Source: an uncultured candidatus Porisulfidus sp. (lineage in GTDB: Bacteria > Pseudomonadota > Gammaproteobacteria > Poriferisulfidales > Poriferisulfidaceae). Taken from it: a DNA stretch of 64,000 nucleotides. The position numbers and the translations under genes are program-made. The stretch covers positions 320,001-384,000 of the forward strand of contig OZ220480.1 of the NCBI GenBank assembly GCA_965116025.1. The letters run 5' to 3'. Each line of letters begins with the position of its first letter. Positions within the stretch are counted from its first letter, which is position 1. Of the stretch, positions 9,170 through 19,637 are shown piece by piece. Below the pieces are notes generated by a model. The model saw only the letters and a program-made list of their open reading frames with translations, did no database searches and had not been told where the DNA came from.

Positions 9170-10390
9170 ATGCACGGCATTTCCCGCAACCTCGCCCAGT
9201 TCGGGCAACAACTGGCGCAGGTCTTTCTGGTCGGCATGACTCTCGGCATGGTGCGCATGGTGGTCCCGGCCTTGGCGGAGAGCGAGTTCTCGGTCGAGCG
9301 CGACTCCTATCTTCTGCTCACCGTCTTCGTCGTGGCTTTCGGGTTCGTCAAGGGAGCCATGAATTTCGTCGCCGGGCGGACGGCGGACCGATTCGGGCGA
9401 AAACCCGTGCTGCTGGCGGGCTGGCTGTTCGCCCTGCCCGCTCCCTGGCTGATCCTGCATGCCGCGAGCTGGAACGAGGTGGTGCTGGCTACGTTGCTTC
9501 TGGGCATCAACCAGGGCCTGTGCTGGTCGGCGACCCAGGCCAGCAAACTGGACCTCGCGCATTCCCGGGAGCGCGGTTTCGCGGTCGGCTTGGATGAGTT
9601 CGCCGGCTACATGGGGGTGGCCGTGGCCGGGGTCGTGACCGGCTATTTGGCGACCGAGTTGGATGTTCGCGAGGCGTTGTGGGGGTTTGGCCTAGCCTGC
9701 GTTCTCCTCGCCATCGGGCTTCTTTTCGGGTTCGTTCGCGAGACTCTCCCCTGGGCGCGCCGGGAGCAGGAGACGGCCAACGCGTCCGAAACGATGCCCA
9801 CCACCACATGGGAAGCCTTCGCGGAAGTTTCCTGGAGAAATCGACGCATGCTCGCGGTTAGCCAAGCGGGGTTGGTCGAGAAATTCGTGGACACGCTAGT
9901 CTGGATTTTCTACCCGGTCTACTTGTACGCCAACGAATTCAGCCTTCCCGATATCGGCTGGATCGTGGGAATTTACGGAACCGTATGGGGAGCGAGCCAG
10001 TTTCTGACTGGCCGCCTGTCCGACCGAATCGGCCGCCTGCTCCCTTGCGTGGCGGGCATGTGGCTATGCGGGATCGGGGTCCTGGGCTCGTTGTGGAGTC
10101 TGGAATTCGAGGTCTGGGCGGCCAGCGCCGCCGTCACGGGATTCGGCATGGCTTTGCTGTATCCGAATCTCAGCGCCGCGATCAGCGACCTCGCCGCGCC
10201 CGCGTGGCGAGGCTCCGCGATCGGCGTGTACCGCTTCTGGCGCGATTTGGGCTACGGTCTTGGAGCGCTCGGGCTCGGAATCCTCGCGAGTCTGGCTGGC
10301 TCCCTGGAGGCCGGGTTTTACGGAGTCGCCATCAGCATGTTCGCATCCGGGGGGATTCTCGCCTGGCTCGGCCCACGAAGGCCCGGATAG
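9170..10390 (+). CDS. MFS transporter
   Basis: About 12 hydrophobic segments; motif A in both halves (GRTADRFGRK, GRLSDRIGR). Confidence 0.9.
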   Translation: MHGISRNLAQFGQQLAQVFLVGMTLGMVRMVVPALAESEFSVERDSYLLLTVFVVAFGFVKGAMNFVAGRTADRFGRKPVLLAGWLFALPAPWLILHAASWNEVVLATLLLGINQGLCWSATQASKLDLAHSRERGFAVGLDEFAGYMGVAVAGVVTGYLATELDVREALWGFGLACVLLAIGLLFGFVRETLPWARREQETANASETMPTTTWEAFAEVSWRNRRMLAVSQAGLVEKFVDTLVWIFYPVYLYANEFSLPDIGWIVGIYGTVWGASQFLTGRLSDRIGRLLPCVAGMWLCGIGVLGSLWSLEFEVWAASAAVTGFGMALLYPNLSAAISDLAAPAWRGSAIGVYRFWRDLGYGLGALGLGILASLAGSLEAGFYGVAISMFASGGILAWLGPRRPG

Positions 10391-10448
10391 ACCGAAGTAT
10401 CCGAAATGCTTCCTTCTTTTCTCGTCATCCCATTGAAATATGTAGTAT

Positions 10449-10476
10449 TTGACTTTTAAAGCATATATCTCATAAT
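10449..10476 (+). promoter_or_regulatory. Putative sigma70 promoter
   Basis: TTGACT-16 bp-CATAAT in an AT-rich patch upstream of the AAA_14 gene. Confidence 0.55.
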
Positions 10477-10512
10477 AGTTATTACTTTTCTACGATATTA
10501 TAGATTTTGGTC

Positions 10513-11722
10513 ATGGACCGTCGTCTGTCGAAGCATTTTCTCACTCATTTTCGCAATCATCGGCAGATGCTATTCCTCTCCGGCCCCAGACAGGTCGGGA
10601 AAACCACCTTGGCAAAAGACCTGCGCGACCGGTTCGCCTCGGGTCACTACTTCAACTGGGATGATCCGACCCACAGGGAACTGATCCTGAAAGGACCGGG
10701 AGAGGTCGCGCTGCGCGCGGGACTGGAAAAATTGCGAGCGGACCTTCCCCTGTGCGTCTTCGACGAGCTGCATAAATACCGCCACTGGAGAGACTTTCTG
10801 AAAGGCTTCTTCGACTTGCACGAGAGCCACGCGCGAACCCTAGTGACCGGCAGCGCCTCGCTGGCGACCTTACCAGAGAGGTGGCGACAGCCTGATGGGA
10901 CGGTATTTTCCCTACACGCTTCACCCGGTCTCCGTCGCGGAACTCGCTAGACCCAAGACATCAAGCTCGCTGATCCACAGTCCCGCGCGGATTGATGGCG
11001 ACGAATGGGACTCGCTGTGGCGCTTCGGCGGCTTCCCAGAGCCTTTTCTGAAAGCCGAGCGGAATTTCCACAACCAGTGGAGTGGCCTGCGCGACAACCA
11101 ACTTTTTCGCGAGGACCTGCGCGACCTCACGCGGATCCAGGGGCTGGAACAGGTGGAGACGCTGGCGCAACTGCTGCGCCAGCGCGCCGGACAATTGACC
11201 AGTTACGCCTCTCTCGCCAAAACGGTCCGCTCATCTCTGGACACCGCGCGCCGTTGGACCGCGACGCTGGAAGCGCTTTACTACTGCTTCGCGGTCAGGC
11301 CCTGGCATCACAACGTCGCCCGGGCATTGCGGAAAGAGCCCAAGTACTTTCTGTGGGACTGGAGCCAAGTCGAGTCTCCAGGCGCGCGGGCCGAAAATCT
11401 GGTCGCCTGCGCCTTGCTGAAAGCGGTTCACTGGTGGACCGAATCCGGCGAGGGAGAATTCGCTCTGCATTTCGTTCGGGACAAGCAAAAGCGCGAAGTG
11501 GATTTTTTGGTCGCCAAGGACCGGCGCCCCTGGTTTCTGGTGGAGGTGAAGCGCGGTGGAAACCAGCGCCTGTCAGATTCGTTGCGCTATTTCCAGAAAC
11601 AGACCGGAGCGACGCACGCGTTCCAAGTAGTCATGGACGCGGAATACGTCGCCCGGGATTGCTTCGAGCACTCGGACCCGGTCCTCGTTCCGGGCAGAAC
11701 TTTCCTCAGCCAACTGGTCTGA
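10513..11722 (+). pseudogene. AAA_14 ATPase + DUF4143 protein, frameshifted near 10870
   Basis: GPRQVGKTT, FDELHK, VTGSA in one frame; GGFPEP, REVDF, VEVK in another. Removing one T at 10870-10871 gives LATYQRGGDSLMGRYF. Confidence 0.8.
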
Positions 11723-11740
11723 CCGCGCGTCGCCAAACTG

Positions 11741-13186
11741 TCAGAACAATTTCTGGAAGTTCAGGCGAATCGTGAAGTTGTCGCGATCATAAAGATCGAT
11801 ATTCGATTTCGTCTCGGTGAGCCCGAACGTCAGCTCCGGCAGATAACCGCCCCAAGAAAGGGCCCGGTTGGAGACGGTGACGTGAAAGTTCCTGTGTCGT
11901 TCCTCGCGCCGCTTCTGAAACAGCACGTCGACTCCCTTGTACCGGTTCTCCGCCAACGTCGCCACCGCCGACACGCGCCAGTTCAAGCCGATCAGGGTTT
12001 CGTAGCCCAGCATTCCCTGATGCGACTTCCAGCGTTGTGACGCCCGGTCAGGGTGCTCCGTGGAAACCGTCCAGCCCACGGTCATCCGCGCGCGCTGGAA
12101 GACGCGCTCCACGTACAGGTTCAGCGCTTGCCCTTTCGGATCCAGCTCGCTTGATATCTCGCTGTAGCTAGTGTCCCAATAACGGACGTAGCCCCCGGCC
12201 AGCCACCGGGTGGACAGATACTGCCGGGCCGAGAGCCGAACCCAGGCGCTGCCAGAGTATGGATCTCCCCCCCGCCAGCGCTTCTCATACCCGATATCCG
12301 CCCCAACTTGACCAGGCAACATCTCTCCCGCGAGGTCCATCGTGTAATAGAGCTGCGGGCCTGTCGAGAAATTCATCCAGGTCCGGTTGTGCTCCTTGGC
12401 GTTGCGTGCCGTGTTGCGCGCAAGCCCCGCCCGGGTATGCAGACGAATGCCGCCATCTTCCCGCAAAGGCATGCGGTGAAGAAGATGGGCTCCCGCGCGG
12501 ACCACCCAAGCCTCGACCGGCTTCTCGTTCACCGAGAATCTCAGCCCTCCGAACAAGGGAATGTCCACCTCGTCGACTTCGGCCGCGTTGTTGACGTTTT
12601 TATCCTTCCAGATGCTGAGCTCATAGTCGACCAGCAAGCTTTTCCTTCGGTGAATGCGCTCCAGAAACCCCTCGATGTTGCGCTTCACCGGCTCGGGCAG
12701 GTTTTTCTTCTCTCGAACCCGCCGGAAGATCGCGTCGGCCTCCTCGTCCCTCCCCATCGAATACAGCATGGCGGCGTAGTCCAACTGAATCCGATCCACT
12801 TGAGGGTGACCGCGCGCGAGTTTTTCCAAGATCCGCGCCGCCATCTCGCGGTTTCCCAACCCCATGTGCGCCTGCGCGGCTAAGAAAAGGATATCGACCG
12901 TGGTTCGCCCACCCAACAGTTCCGTAGCCTGGGTCAGAACCCGCAAAGCCTGAGCGAGCTGGCCCTGTTGCAGCCACTGTCCCGCCTCCAGAACGAGTTC
13001 ACGATACCGCTCTTCTCGCTCGTCTAGCCGATCCGCCAGCGCGGGCGTGGAACCCGTCTCCACCACTCCCGCGGAATCGGGCGAGACGGAATCATCGGGC
13101 CACCCGGGACCGCAACTCAGTATCAGTATGACCGCGAAGCCGGCACGAACCGTGGAAAAGGGAGGGGCCTTCAAATTCGCCGTCAT
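11741..13186 (-). CDS. TPR + outer-membrane beta-barrel protein, Slam/DUF560 (type XI secretion)-like
   Basis: Signal-like N-terminus, TPR helices (RIQLDYAAMLY, LPEPVKRNIEGFL), DKNVNNA, C-terminal SNIDLYDR...FQKLF. Start uncertain. Confidence 0.75.
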   Translation of the reverse strand: MTANLKAPPFSTVRAGFAVILILSCGPGWPDDSVSPDSAGVVETGSTPALADRLDEREERYRELVLEAGQWLQQGQLAQALRVLTQATELLGGRTTVDILFLAAQAHMGLGNREMAARILEKLARGHPQVDRIQLDYAAMLYSMGRDEEADAIFRRVREKKNLPEPVKRNIEGFLERIHRRKSLLVDYELSIWKDKNVNNAAEVDEVDIPLFGGLRFSVNEKPVEAWVVRAGAHLLHRMPLREDGGIRLHTRAGLARNTARNAKEHNRTWMNFSTGPQLYYTMDLAGEMLPGQVGADIGYEKRWRGGDPYSGSAWVRLSARQYLSTRWLAGGYVRYWDTSYSEISSELDPKGQALNLYVERVFQRARMTVGWTVSTEHPDRASQRWKSHQGMLGYETLIGLNWRVSAVATLAENRYKGVDVLFQKRREERHRNFHVTVSNRALSWGGYLPELTFGLTETKSNIDLYDRDNFTIRLNFQKLF

Positions 13187-13446
13187 TCGGATAATGAGTC
13201 CACGATTCGAGTCGCCGCTTTCAATCTTCAACGCGCCCGTCCCGGCCACCTGGATTCCGGCCTTCAGCGAAGAGACCCGAGCGCTCGTTCCTTTCGTTTT
13301 CCAAGGACATTCGGACGACTCGCGCTTGACGCACGGCCCTATAGATGACACCAAGGCTAGGATTCAAGACGGAAATTATGCCGCCACCACGCGCGCCCGT
13401 CAACGAATCGCGATGGCTTCGCTACTACTGACCGTGGCGCCCATCA

Positions 13447-13926
13447 TTAGGGGGTCAATTCCCGCGGGCCTCTGACGACCTCTTTCAGGCCTTCTAGCCC
13501 CATCACTCTCCCTTCCATTCTTTCCGCCCACTTTTCCATTCTCGCCATGCGCTCCTCCATCCGCACCGCCCACTTTTCCATTCTCGCCATGCGCTCCTCC
13601 ATCCGCACCGCCCATTTTTCCATTCTCGCCATACGCTCCTCCATCCGCACCGCCCACTTTTCCATTCCCGTCATACGCTCCTCCATCCGCACCGCCCACT
13701 TTTCCATTCCCGTCATACGTTTTTCCACTTCGGTCACATGCCCCTCCACTCTTACCATTCGCTCGCCAAGACCCGCCATGTCCTTGCGGAGGTCAGCGAT
13801 ATCCCGGCTGGTTTCTTTGCGGTGCTCCGCCATATCTCGGTGGAGCGCGGCGATATCGTGCTGGATTTTCCAAAGGAAACTCACGACCGCCATCAACGCG
13901 ACGAGCTGAATTGCTGTTTCAAACAT
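13447..13926 (-). CDS. Hypothetical membrane-anchored coiled-coil protein with 14-aa repeats
   Basis: Hydrophobic N-terminus followed by heptads and (MEKWAVRMEERM[AT][RG])n. Confidence 0.7.
   Translation of the reverse strand: MFETAIQLVALMAVVSFLWKIQHDIAALHRDMAEHRKETSRDIADLRKDMAGLGERMVRVEGHVTEVEKRMTGMEKWAVRMEERMTGMEKWAVRMEERMARMEKWAVRMEERMARMEKWAVRMEERMARMEKWAERMEGRVMGLEGLKEVVRGPRELTP
13529..13728. repeat. Tandem 42-bp coding repeat, about 4.7 copies
   Basis: Unit CACTTTTCCATTCTCGCCATGCGCTCCTCCATCCGCACCGCC starts at 13529, 13571, 13613, 13655, 13697. Confidence 0.9.
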
Positions 13927-14309
13927 AATGATCCTATGTTCTGGTCAGCTCGTCTTAATTTCTGACCTTGATTCGGTGAATCGGATACCCCTCTGTAAAT
14001 TCCATTTTTCGGGGGCAGGCAGTGATCCGTAGTCTAGCACAAGTCGTGGAAATCCAGTGTCACGGAAAACCAGAAACTCATGGCGCAGCAATCGTAATCT
14101 ATATAGAATCAATCACTTGAATAAAAACCGATACCACAAGGCGTGCCCCAGATGACAACCGAAACGCTCCTCGCCCTCCGAACGCCTTCCCGGCCCTCCT
14201 CCACGCTCTCACATGATTTCGGAGCGAGAATCCAGCGGAACCATCCGCCTTCTCGAACGATGATCCTACGGGATGGACAGTGAGAAGTTCGCGTTCGATT
14301 CGCCCAGCG

Positions 14310-17300
14310 TCACTCGGGGTTGGCCACGATGCCGTCTCCTCCTTCCGCGATCATGCTCCCTCCCTCGGATGAGGGTGCCGGCTCGCTCCGACCGGATTCC
14401 GAATTCGGATCGGCGCCACCAGTCTCCGACCGCGCAGGATCCTCAAACGGACGCGCTTTTCGATCCTCCTTGAGCAATCGCTCAAGCTCACGGTGAAGAC
14501 GGTCGACGACCTCGCCCGAATCTCGAAACCAATTCGTGGACCAGACCCGAAGAATGTTCCAACCGAGCCCCTCCAGCACGGCCTGCCGGATCTTGTCCCG
14601 ATCCCGGGCGGTCGCTGAGGAATGGTATCTGGCTCCGTCGCACTCGATGCCAGCGAGATACCTGCCCGCGCGGTCGGGATGCACGACGCCAAGATCCACG
14701 CGAAAGCCGGACACCCCGATCTGGGTCCGAACTTCCCAGCCCTTTCTTCGAAACGCGGCCGCCACCGCTTCCTCGAAAGGATTCTCGGCGGGACCGAGCG
14801 AGCCCTCGTCCTGCGCGGGCAACGCGATCTCCCCGCGCTCGGCGTAGTCGAGAAACCCTTTCAGGTGCCGCACCCCGGTCGCGCGGGTGCGACCGAGGTC
14901 GATCTGGTCGGCCCGAATCGAGGAGAACACGTGGAATTCGCGGCGCGCGCGGGTGATCGCTACGTTGAGCCGCTTCTCTCCTCCCTCGTTGTTGATCGGC
15001 CCGAAATTCATCGTGAGCTTGCCCGCGAGGTCGGGCCCGAACGTGACCGAGAACAGCATGACGTCGCGCTCGTCGCCCTGGATGTTCTCCAAGTTCTTCA
15101 CGATCACCGGCTCCTCGCGCTGATCGGAGAAGAACCACTCGAGCGCGCCATCGTCGCGGCGAATCTCGTCGAGCAGATCCAGAATGAGCGACTGCTGCTG
15201 GATATTGAACGTGATGATCCCGAGAGTCTGGCGCTCGTCCTCTGGATCGTCGAGCCACTCCGTGAGGCGCCGCCGCGCCATCTCGGCGACGGCCTTGGCC
15301 TCGGCTCGATTCGCGCGGGCTCCGCCTCGCTCGTACACGCCATCCACCTTGTGAAACTGGAGCGCCCCGGAACCCGGGGCGGGCGCGGGAAACGTCACGA
15401 GCCTTCCGCCGTAGTAGAAATGGTTTGAAAACGCGATGAGCGCCTCGTCCCGGCTTCGGTAGTGCCAGGTCAGGTCTCGGCGCGACACGCCCGCGACTGC
15501 CACCTCGTCGAGGATCGAGGGCATGTCGCGCTCGATTTCCGGGAGATCCTCGTCCTCCTCGTCCACGCGACCAAAGAAATTCGTCGGGGGAAGCTGCTTG
15601 GGATCGCCCACGATGATCGTCTGGCGACCGCGCGCGATCGCGCCGATCGCGTCCCAAGTGGTGATTTGCGACGCCTCATCGAAAATCACCACGTCGAAAG
15701 CGGCCTGATCCGCCGGCAGATACTGGGCGATCGAGAGCGGAGACATCAGCACGCATGGCGCGAGCTTCCCGAAAGATTCGGGAAGACTGGCCAGAAGCTG
15801 CCGAATCGGCATGGACGGACGCTTGAGGCCAAGCTGGTGGCGGAGAACGCCCAGCTCCGATTTTCTCGAGACTCCGTCGCGCGCGGGCAAACCGTGCGCG
15901 ACGCGCCGCATCACCTCGCCCGCCGCGAGCTCCATCGCCTGATCGTCGATCTCGCGAAAGGCCTTGACGATGTCCTCGTGTCTCCAATACGCGAAGCCTC
16001 GGAGCTCGTCACTCGCGTCGATCGCGAGCGGAAGCCACCAGAACGCGTAGGCCCGTCGGAAAGCGTCTTCCGCGTCTCCTTCCGCTCGCCCGCTCTCGAG
16101 CGCCTCGATGAGCGGGCCGAGACCCGCGGCCATGCCTTCCTCGCTCTTCTTTCTCCATATGGTCCAGTCCTGCAGGCGCCCGCGCTCCTCGACCACGAGC
16201 GCGAGGCCGGCATCAAGGTCTTCTACGCTCGCGCCATCGGGGCGAGCGCCGCCCGCGCGCTCGAATCTTCGAGCCTCGTCGTCCACTTCCGTTTCCACTT
16301 CCAGGTAGGCCCCAAGCGCGTTCCGAACGGCTCCGCCAGCCGAGGAACCCAGCTCGACGGCAGCGGCCTCAAGGCGAGACGAATCGTCGATGTCAGCTTC
16401 CAGATCCACCAAGGCGGCCCGGAGCCTGACCGCGTGGCGAACCGCTTCCGTCATGCGACGCGCGTCTACTTCCCCATTCGCGCTCGCGACCGGAAGCAAA
16501 GGGCTCTCGCGGATCGCGGCATCAAACTCCCGCATCCGAAACAGCGCCTTCAAGTCCACGTCGGGGTCGGCCGCTCCGTCGTCCGCATAGCCCCGCAAGA
16601 GCTTCCGAACCTTTCGCTTCGAGAAAACCGAGAGTGGCCAGAATCTCGCCTGGGCCTCGCGCCAGTCCATGTCCAGTCGATCCAAAGGCATCCTTCGAAC
16701 CGTCTCCAGCGAATACGTCGCCAACGCTTCGGATCTGGCGGCGGCAAGTTCCCTGACGCACATCGCGAACGCGTCCGCTTCGGCAACAAGGCGTTCCGCC
16801 GGGATATCCGGCACGAGGGAGAGATCCGCCGCCCCGCGCTCCGCGCGGGGGGCGAGCGCCTTGAGACGCTCCCGACGGTCGGCCGCGAGCCCGGGATCAT
16901 CGCGCAGACCCAGCTCGCGGGCCAGCGCGGATGCAACGCGCCTCAGCTTGTCAAGCGCGGAGCGAAAAGATTCGGCCGCGTCCAAGATTTCCCTCTCCCA
17001 CTGGAAGGACCACTCTCCGCCGTGGATCAGCTGAAGGGACGGACCAGCCCCGACCGCGGCATGCGTCCGCGCGAGATCGACGGCCAGACTCGCCAGACGC
17101 TCGTAGCTTTTCTCGTCGTGCGCGTCCTTGTCCGCGAACGCGACGTCGAACGCCGGCTTACCCGGAGCCGCCAGCGCGATCGCCTCAGACACGCTGAATC
17201 CCTGCGACCCCCTAGCGTGAAGAGCCTCGACATAGGCATTCAACTGATCCCGGTGCAACCTCAGCCTGTCACTCACATCGATCCACGTCTCTTCCTCGTT

Positions 17301-19637
17301 CCCCGAAGCCCGGTCCCAACCACGTCCCAACTGCTTGATCACCGACCTCCGCTCCGTTTTGTTGGAATGCAGCTCAAGCACCGCGTCGCCCAGCCCCGTC
17401 GTCACCAGCCTGCGCTGGACCACGTCCAGAGCCGCCGCCTTCTCCGCGACGAACAGCACGGTCTTCCCCTCGCTCAGACACTGCGCGATGATGTTCGTGA
17501 TGGTCTGACTCTTGCCTGTGCCCGGAGGCCCGACCAAGATGAAGTCGCGGCCTTCCGAAGCAGCCAAGATGGCCGCGAGCTGCGAACTGTCCGCCGGCAA
17601 GGGAGTCAAGACATCTCGCGGCGAGCAGCGCCGGTCAATCTCCCTCGGCTTGATGGGAGCGCCACCGCCAGCTCCCGCGTAGGTCTCGTCGGAACCGTCG
17701 ATGAGATACTCGACCAGGCGGTTGCTCTTGAGCTGATCCTCGCGGTCGACCAGATCTTTCCACATCAGATACTTGGCGAACGAGAAGGTCGCGAGCGCGA
17801 GCTCCTCGACCACCTCGAACCCTGCGATGTCCAGCACCTTCCGACGCATGACGCCAAGAATTCTCTTGACATCGATTCCGCTCTCATCAAGCGGCAAATC
17901 TCCTTCAAGCTCATGGATTCTGAGGTTAAAATCCCGCTTCAGGAATTCCAGCAACGTGGAGTTGATTCGCACGTCGTCCTCGTGGTACGAGAGCTGGAAC
18001 GGAGACCGGGACGACCGGCGCGCCAACCTGACCGGGATCAGGATCAGCGGAGCGCGGTAAACGCGCGCCTCGCCCTCGATTCTCTTCCAGCGCAGGAACC
18101 CGGCGGCCAAGAAAAGCGTGTTCGTTCCCCCTTCCTGCATGTCGCTTTTCGCGCCACGGTGCAACCCCAGCAGACGAGCGTCCATCTCATGCCCAGAAAG
18201 CGGCACCGAGATCTCCGCCCGCTCGAACGCACCTCGAACCACGTCCTCCTCAATTCTCCTCCTCTCCTCCGGGGAAACCTTCCGGTCGCCAATCGGATCA
18301 TTGTCGATCAGGGAGAACGCCCGAAATTTCTCTCCACTGGCCAACCTGTCCTCCAAGACGGCGACATTCGGGCAGCGCAACGGAAGAGTCCGCTTGCCAT
18401 CGCGATAGTTGAGCAGGCGATTTCGGAGCGACAGATCGAGAAGCTTTCGGTGCCAGCGCTCGATTCGTCCCTGAGGCGTCTCGGGCTCCTCATCGATGAT
18501 CTCGCTCGGCAACAACCCGAAATCCGGTGGCGGCGGCAATGGAGCGGGCGCCACGTCCCCCGCCTCTGGAGATTCCGAGAGATCCGCGATCCTGTGACTC
18601 GCCAAGGGACGGACGCAAGAGGCGCGCGCTCGAGCGATATCGACAGCCATGACGAAATCGGGATCACGGCTCTCGGCGAGGCGGCGGCGGCCCTCATCGA
18701 CCGCCTCGTCAAATCTGACCGCGGGGCGCCTGGTCAGCAACGTCGTCTCGACCGGCGCGAACTCATGGACCTGCATGGACTTGCGAACGGCGACGACATC
18801 CGGTTCCGTCACATGCCCAAAACCCGCCTTCCCCGAAAGCCAGACTCCAACCCAAGCATGTCCTCGCGAGAAAAGAACCAAGGAATTGAGGCCCGCGGCC
18901 TCGAAAGCCGCCGCGAGGAAAAGCGAGGAATCCAAGCATGTCGCGAGACCCTCGCCGACGATTCGCCCCGGCCCCCGAATCTTCTGTCCCTTTTCCTCGA
19001 AGGATGCCGGAGGCTCGGCATAGGTGAGCCCAAGGCTGGTCGCGGCGGACCAAATCGCGCTGGCGAGCATGTAGACGCGTCCCGGATCACCCGACTGGTA
19101 GCCATCCAATGACCCGTCGCGACCTCCTTTCTCCAACAGACGGGAAGCGGCCTTCAGGATGTCGGCCACCGCGGGATCGTTCGGGGACACGAACGCGGCG
19201 AGGGTCTTGACCATATCGTCCACGCCGCCCCACTCGTCGCGCGCGAGAAGATCGACCCGGCGCTCCTCAACGATGGCTTGGAACCCTGGAACCTCCATGC
19301 GTAACTCCAGCTTGCCGAGCTCCGCCTCATCAAGCCTCCCCAAACGCTCGATGTCCAACGGGGTGGAAAGATCGCCGACCGAGAATTCGGAGTTGGGGGC
19401 GACCCGGTCGACGACCCAGGTCTTCTCGCGGATGATCGGGGGAACGGCCCGGAGCGTGATCCTCAGATCCTCAAGTCCCTCGTCGGTCGGATTGACGACC
19501 GTGATGCCCTTGATGATCGCGACATCGTTCTGCGCCGAGGCGAAGTTGACCCGTCTCGCCGCGTCACATCGCAACGATACTCTCTCGGATTCCTTCCGCT
19601 CGCTCAAGGTCTCGCTCTCGTTCAGGCTTTCATTCAT
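14310..19637 (-). CDS. DUF4011 - SF1 (Upf1/DNA2-like) helicase - Vsr-like nuclease protein (Hhe-like anti-phage)
   Basis: WHRKLLDLSLRNRLLN, GPPGTGKSQT, FDEASQ, GDPKQLPP, QGDERD, RLNVAITRAR, DLGV..GIECDG..YHS. Confidence 0.85.
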   Translation of the reverse strand: MNESLNESETLSERKESERVSLRCDAARRVNFASAQNDVAIIKGITVVNPTDEGLEDLRITLRAVPPIIREKTWVVDRVAPNSEFSVGDLSTPLDIERLGRLDEAELGKLELRMEVPGFQAIVEERRVDLLARDEWGGVDDMVKTLAAFVSPNDPAVADILKAASRLLEKGGRDGSLDGYQSGDPGRVYMLASAIWSAATSLGLTYAEPPASFEEKGQKIRGPGRIVGEGLATCLDSSLFLAAAFEAAGLNSLVLFSRGHAWVGVWLSGKAGFGHVTEPDVVAVRKSMQVHEFAPVETTLLTRRPAVRFDEAVDEGRRRLAESRDPDFVMAVDIARARASCVRPLASHRIADLSESPEAGDVAPAPLPPPPDFGLLPSEIIDEEPETPQGRIERWHRKLLDLSLRNRLLNYRDGKRTLPLRCPNVAVLEDRLASGEKFRAFSLIDNDPIGDRKVSPEERRRIEEDVVRGAFERAEISVPLSGHEMDARLLGLHRGAKSDMQEGGTNTLFLAAGFLRWKRIEGEARVYRAPLILIPVRLARRSSRSPFQLSYHEDDVRINSTLLEFLKRDFNLRIHELEGDLPLDESGIDVKRILGVMRRKVLDIAGFEVVEELALATFSFAKYLMWKDLVDREDQLKSNRLVEYLIDGSDETYAGAGGGAPIKPREIDRRCSPRDVLTPLPADSSQLAAILAASEGRDFILVGPPGTGKSQTITNIIAQCLSEGKTVLFVAEKAAALDVVQRRLVTTGLGDAVLELHSNKTERRSVIKQLGRGWDRASGNEEETWIDVSDRLRLHRDQLNAYVEALHARGSQGFSVSEAIALAAPGKPAFDVAFADKDAHDEKSYERLASLAVDLARTHAAVGAGPSLQLIHGGEWSFQWEREILDAAESFRSALDKLRRVASALARELGLRDDPGLAADRRERLKALAPRAERGAADLSLVPDIPAERLVAEADAFAMCVRELAAARSEALATYSLETVRRMPLDRLDMDWREAQARFWPLSVFSKRKVRKLLRGYADDGAADPDVDLKALFRMREFDAAIRESPLLPVASANGEVDARRMTEAVRHAVRLRAALVDLEADIDDSSRLEAAAVELGSSAGGAVRNALGAYLEVETEVDDEARRFERAGGARPDGASVEDLDAGLALVVEERGRLQDWTIWRKKSEEGMAAGLGPLIEALESGRAEGDAEDAFRRAYAFWWLPLAIDASDELRGFAYWRHEDIVKAFREIDDQAMELAAGEVMRRVAHGLPARDGVSRKSELGVLRHQLGLKRPSMPIRQLLASLPESFGKLAPCVLMSPLSIAQYLPADQAAFDVVIFDEASQITTWDAIGAIARGRQTIIVGDPKQLPPTNFFGRVDEEDEDLPEIERDMPSILDEVAVAGVSRRDLTWHYRSRDEALIAFSNHFYYGGRLVTFPAPAPGSGALQFHKVDGVYERGGARANRAEAKAVAEMARRRLTEWLDDPEDERQTLGIITFNIQQQSLILDLLDEIRRDDGALEWFFSDQREEPVIVKNLENIQGDERDVMLFSVTFGPDLAGKLTMNFGPINNEGGEKRLNVAITRARREFHVFSSIRADQIDLGRTRATGVRHLKGFLDYAERGEIALPAQDEGSLGPAENPFEEAVAAAFRRKGWEVRTQIGVSGFRVDLGVVHPDRAGRYLAGIECDGARYHSSATARDRDKIRQAVLEGLGWNILRVWSTNWFRDSGEVVDRLHRELERLLKEDRKARPFEDPARSETGGADPNSESGRSEPAPSSEGGSMIAEGGDGIVANPE

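Noticed and set aside
15462-19112. 1216-aa plus-strand ORF, and similar ones at 37530-40274, 58856-62980 and 58788-60713
   Set aside because: Antisense or alternate-frame shadows of real genes in high-GC DNA, with no recognisable motifs.
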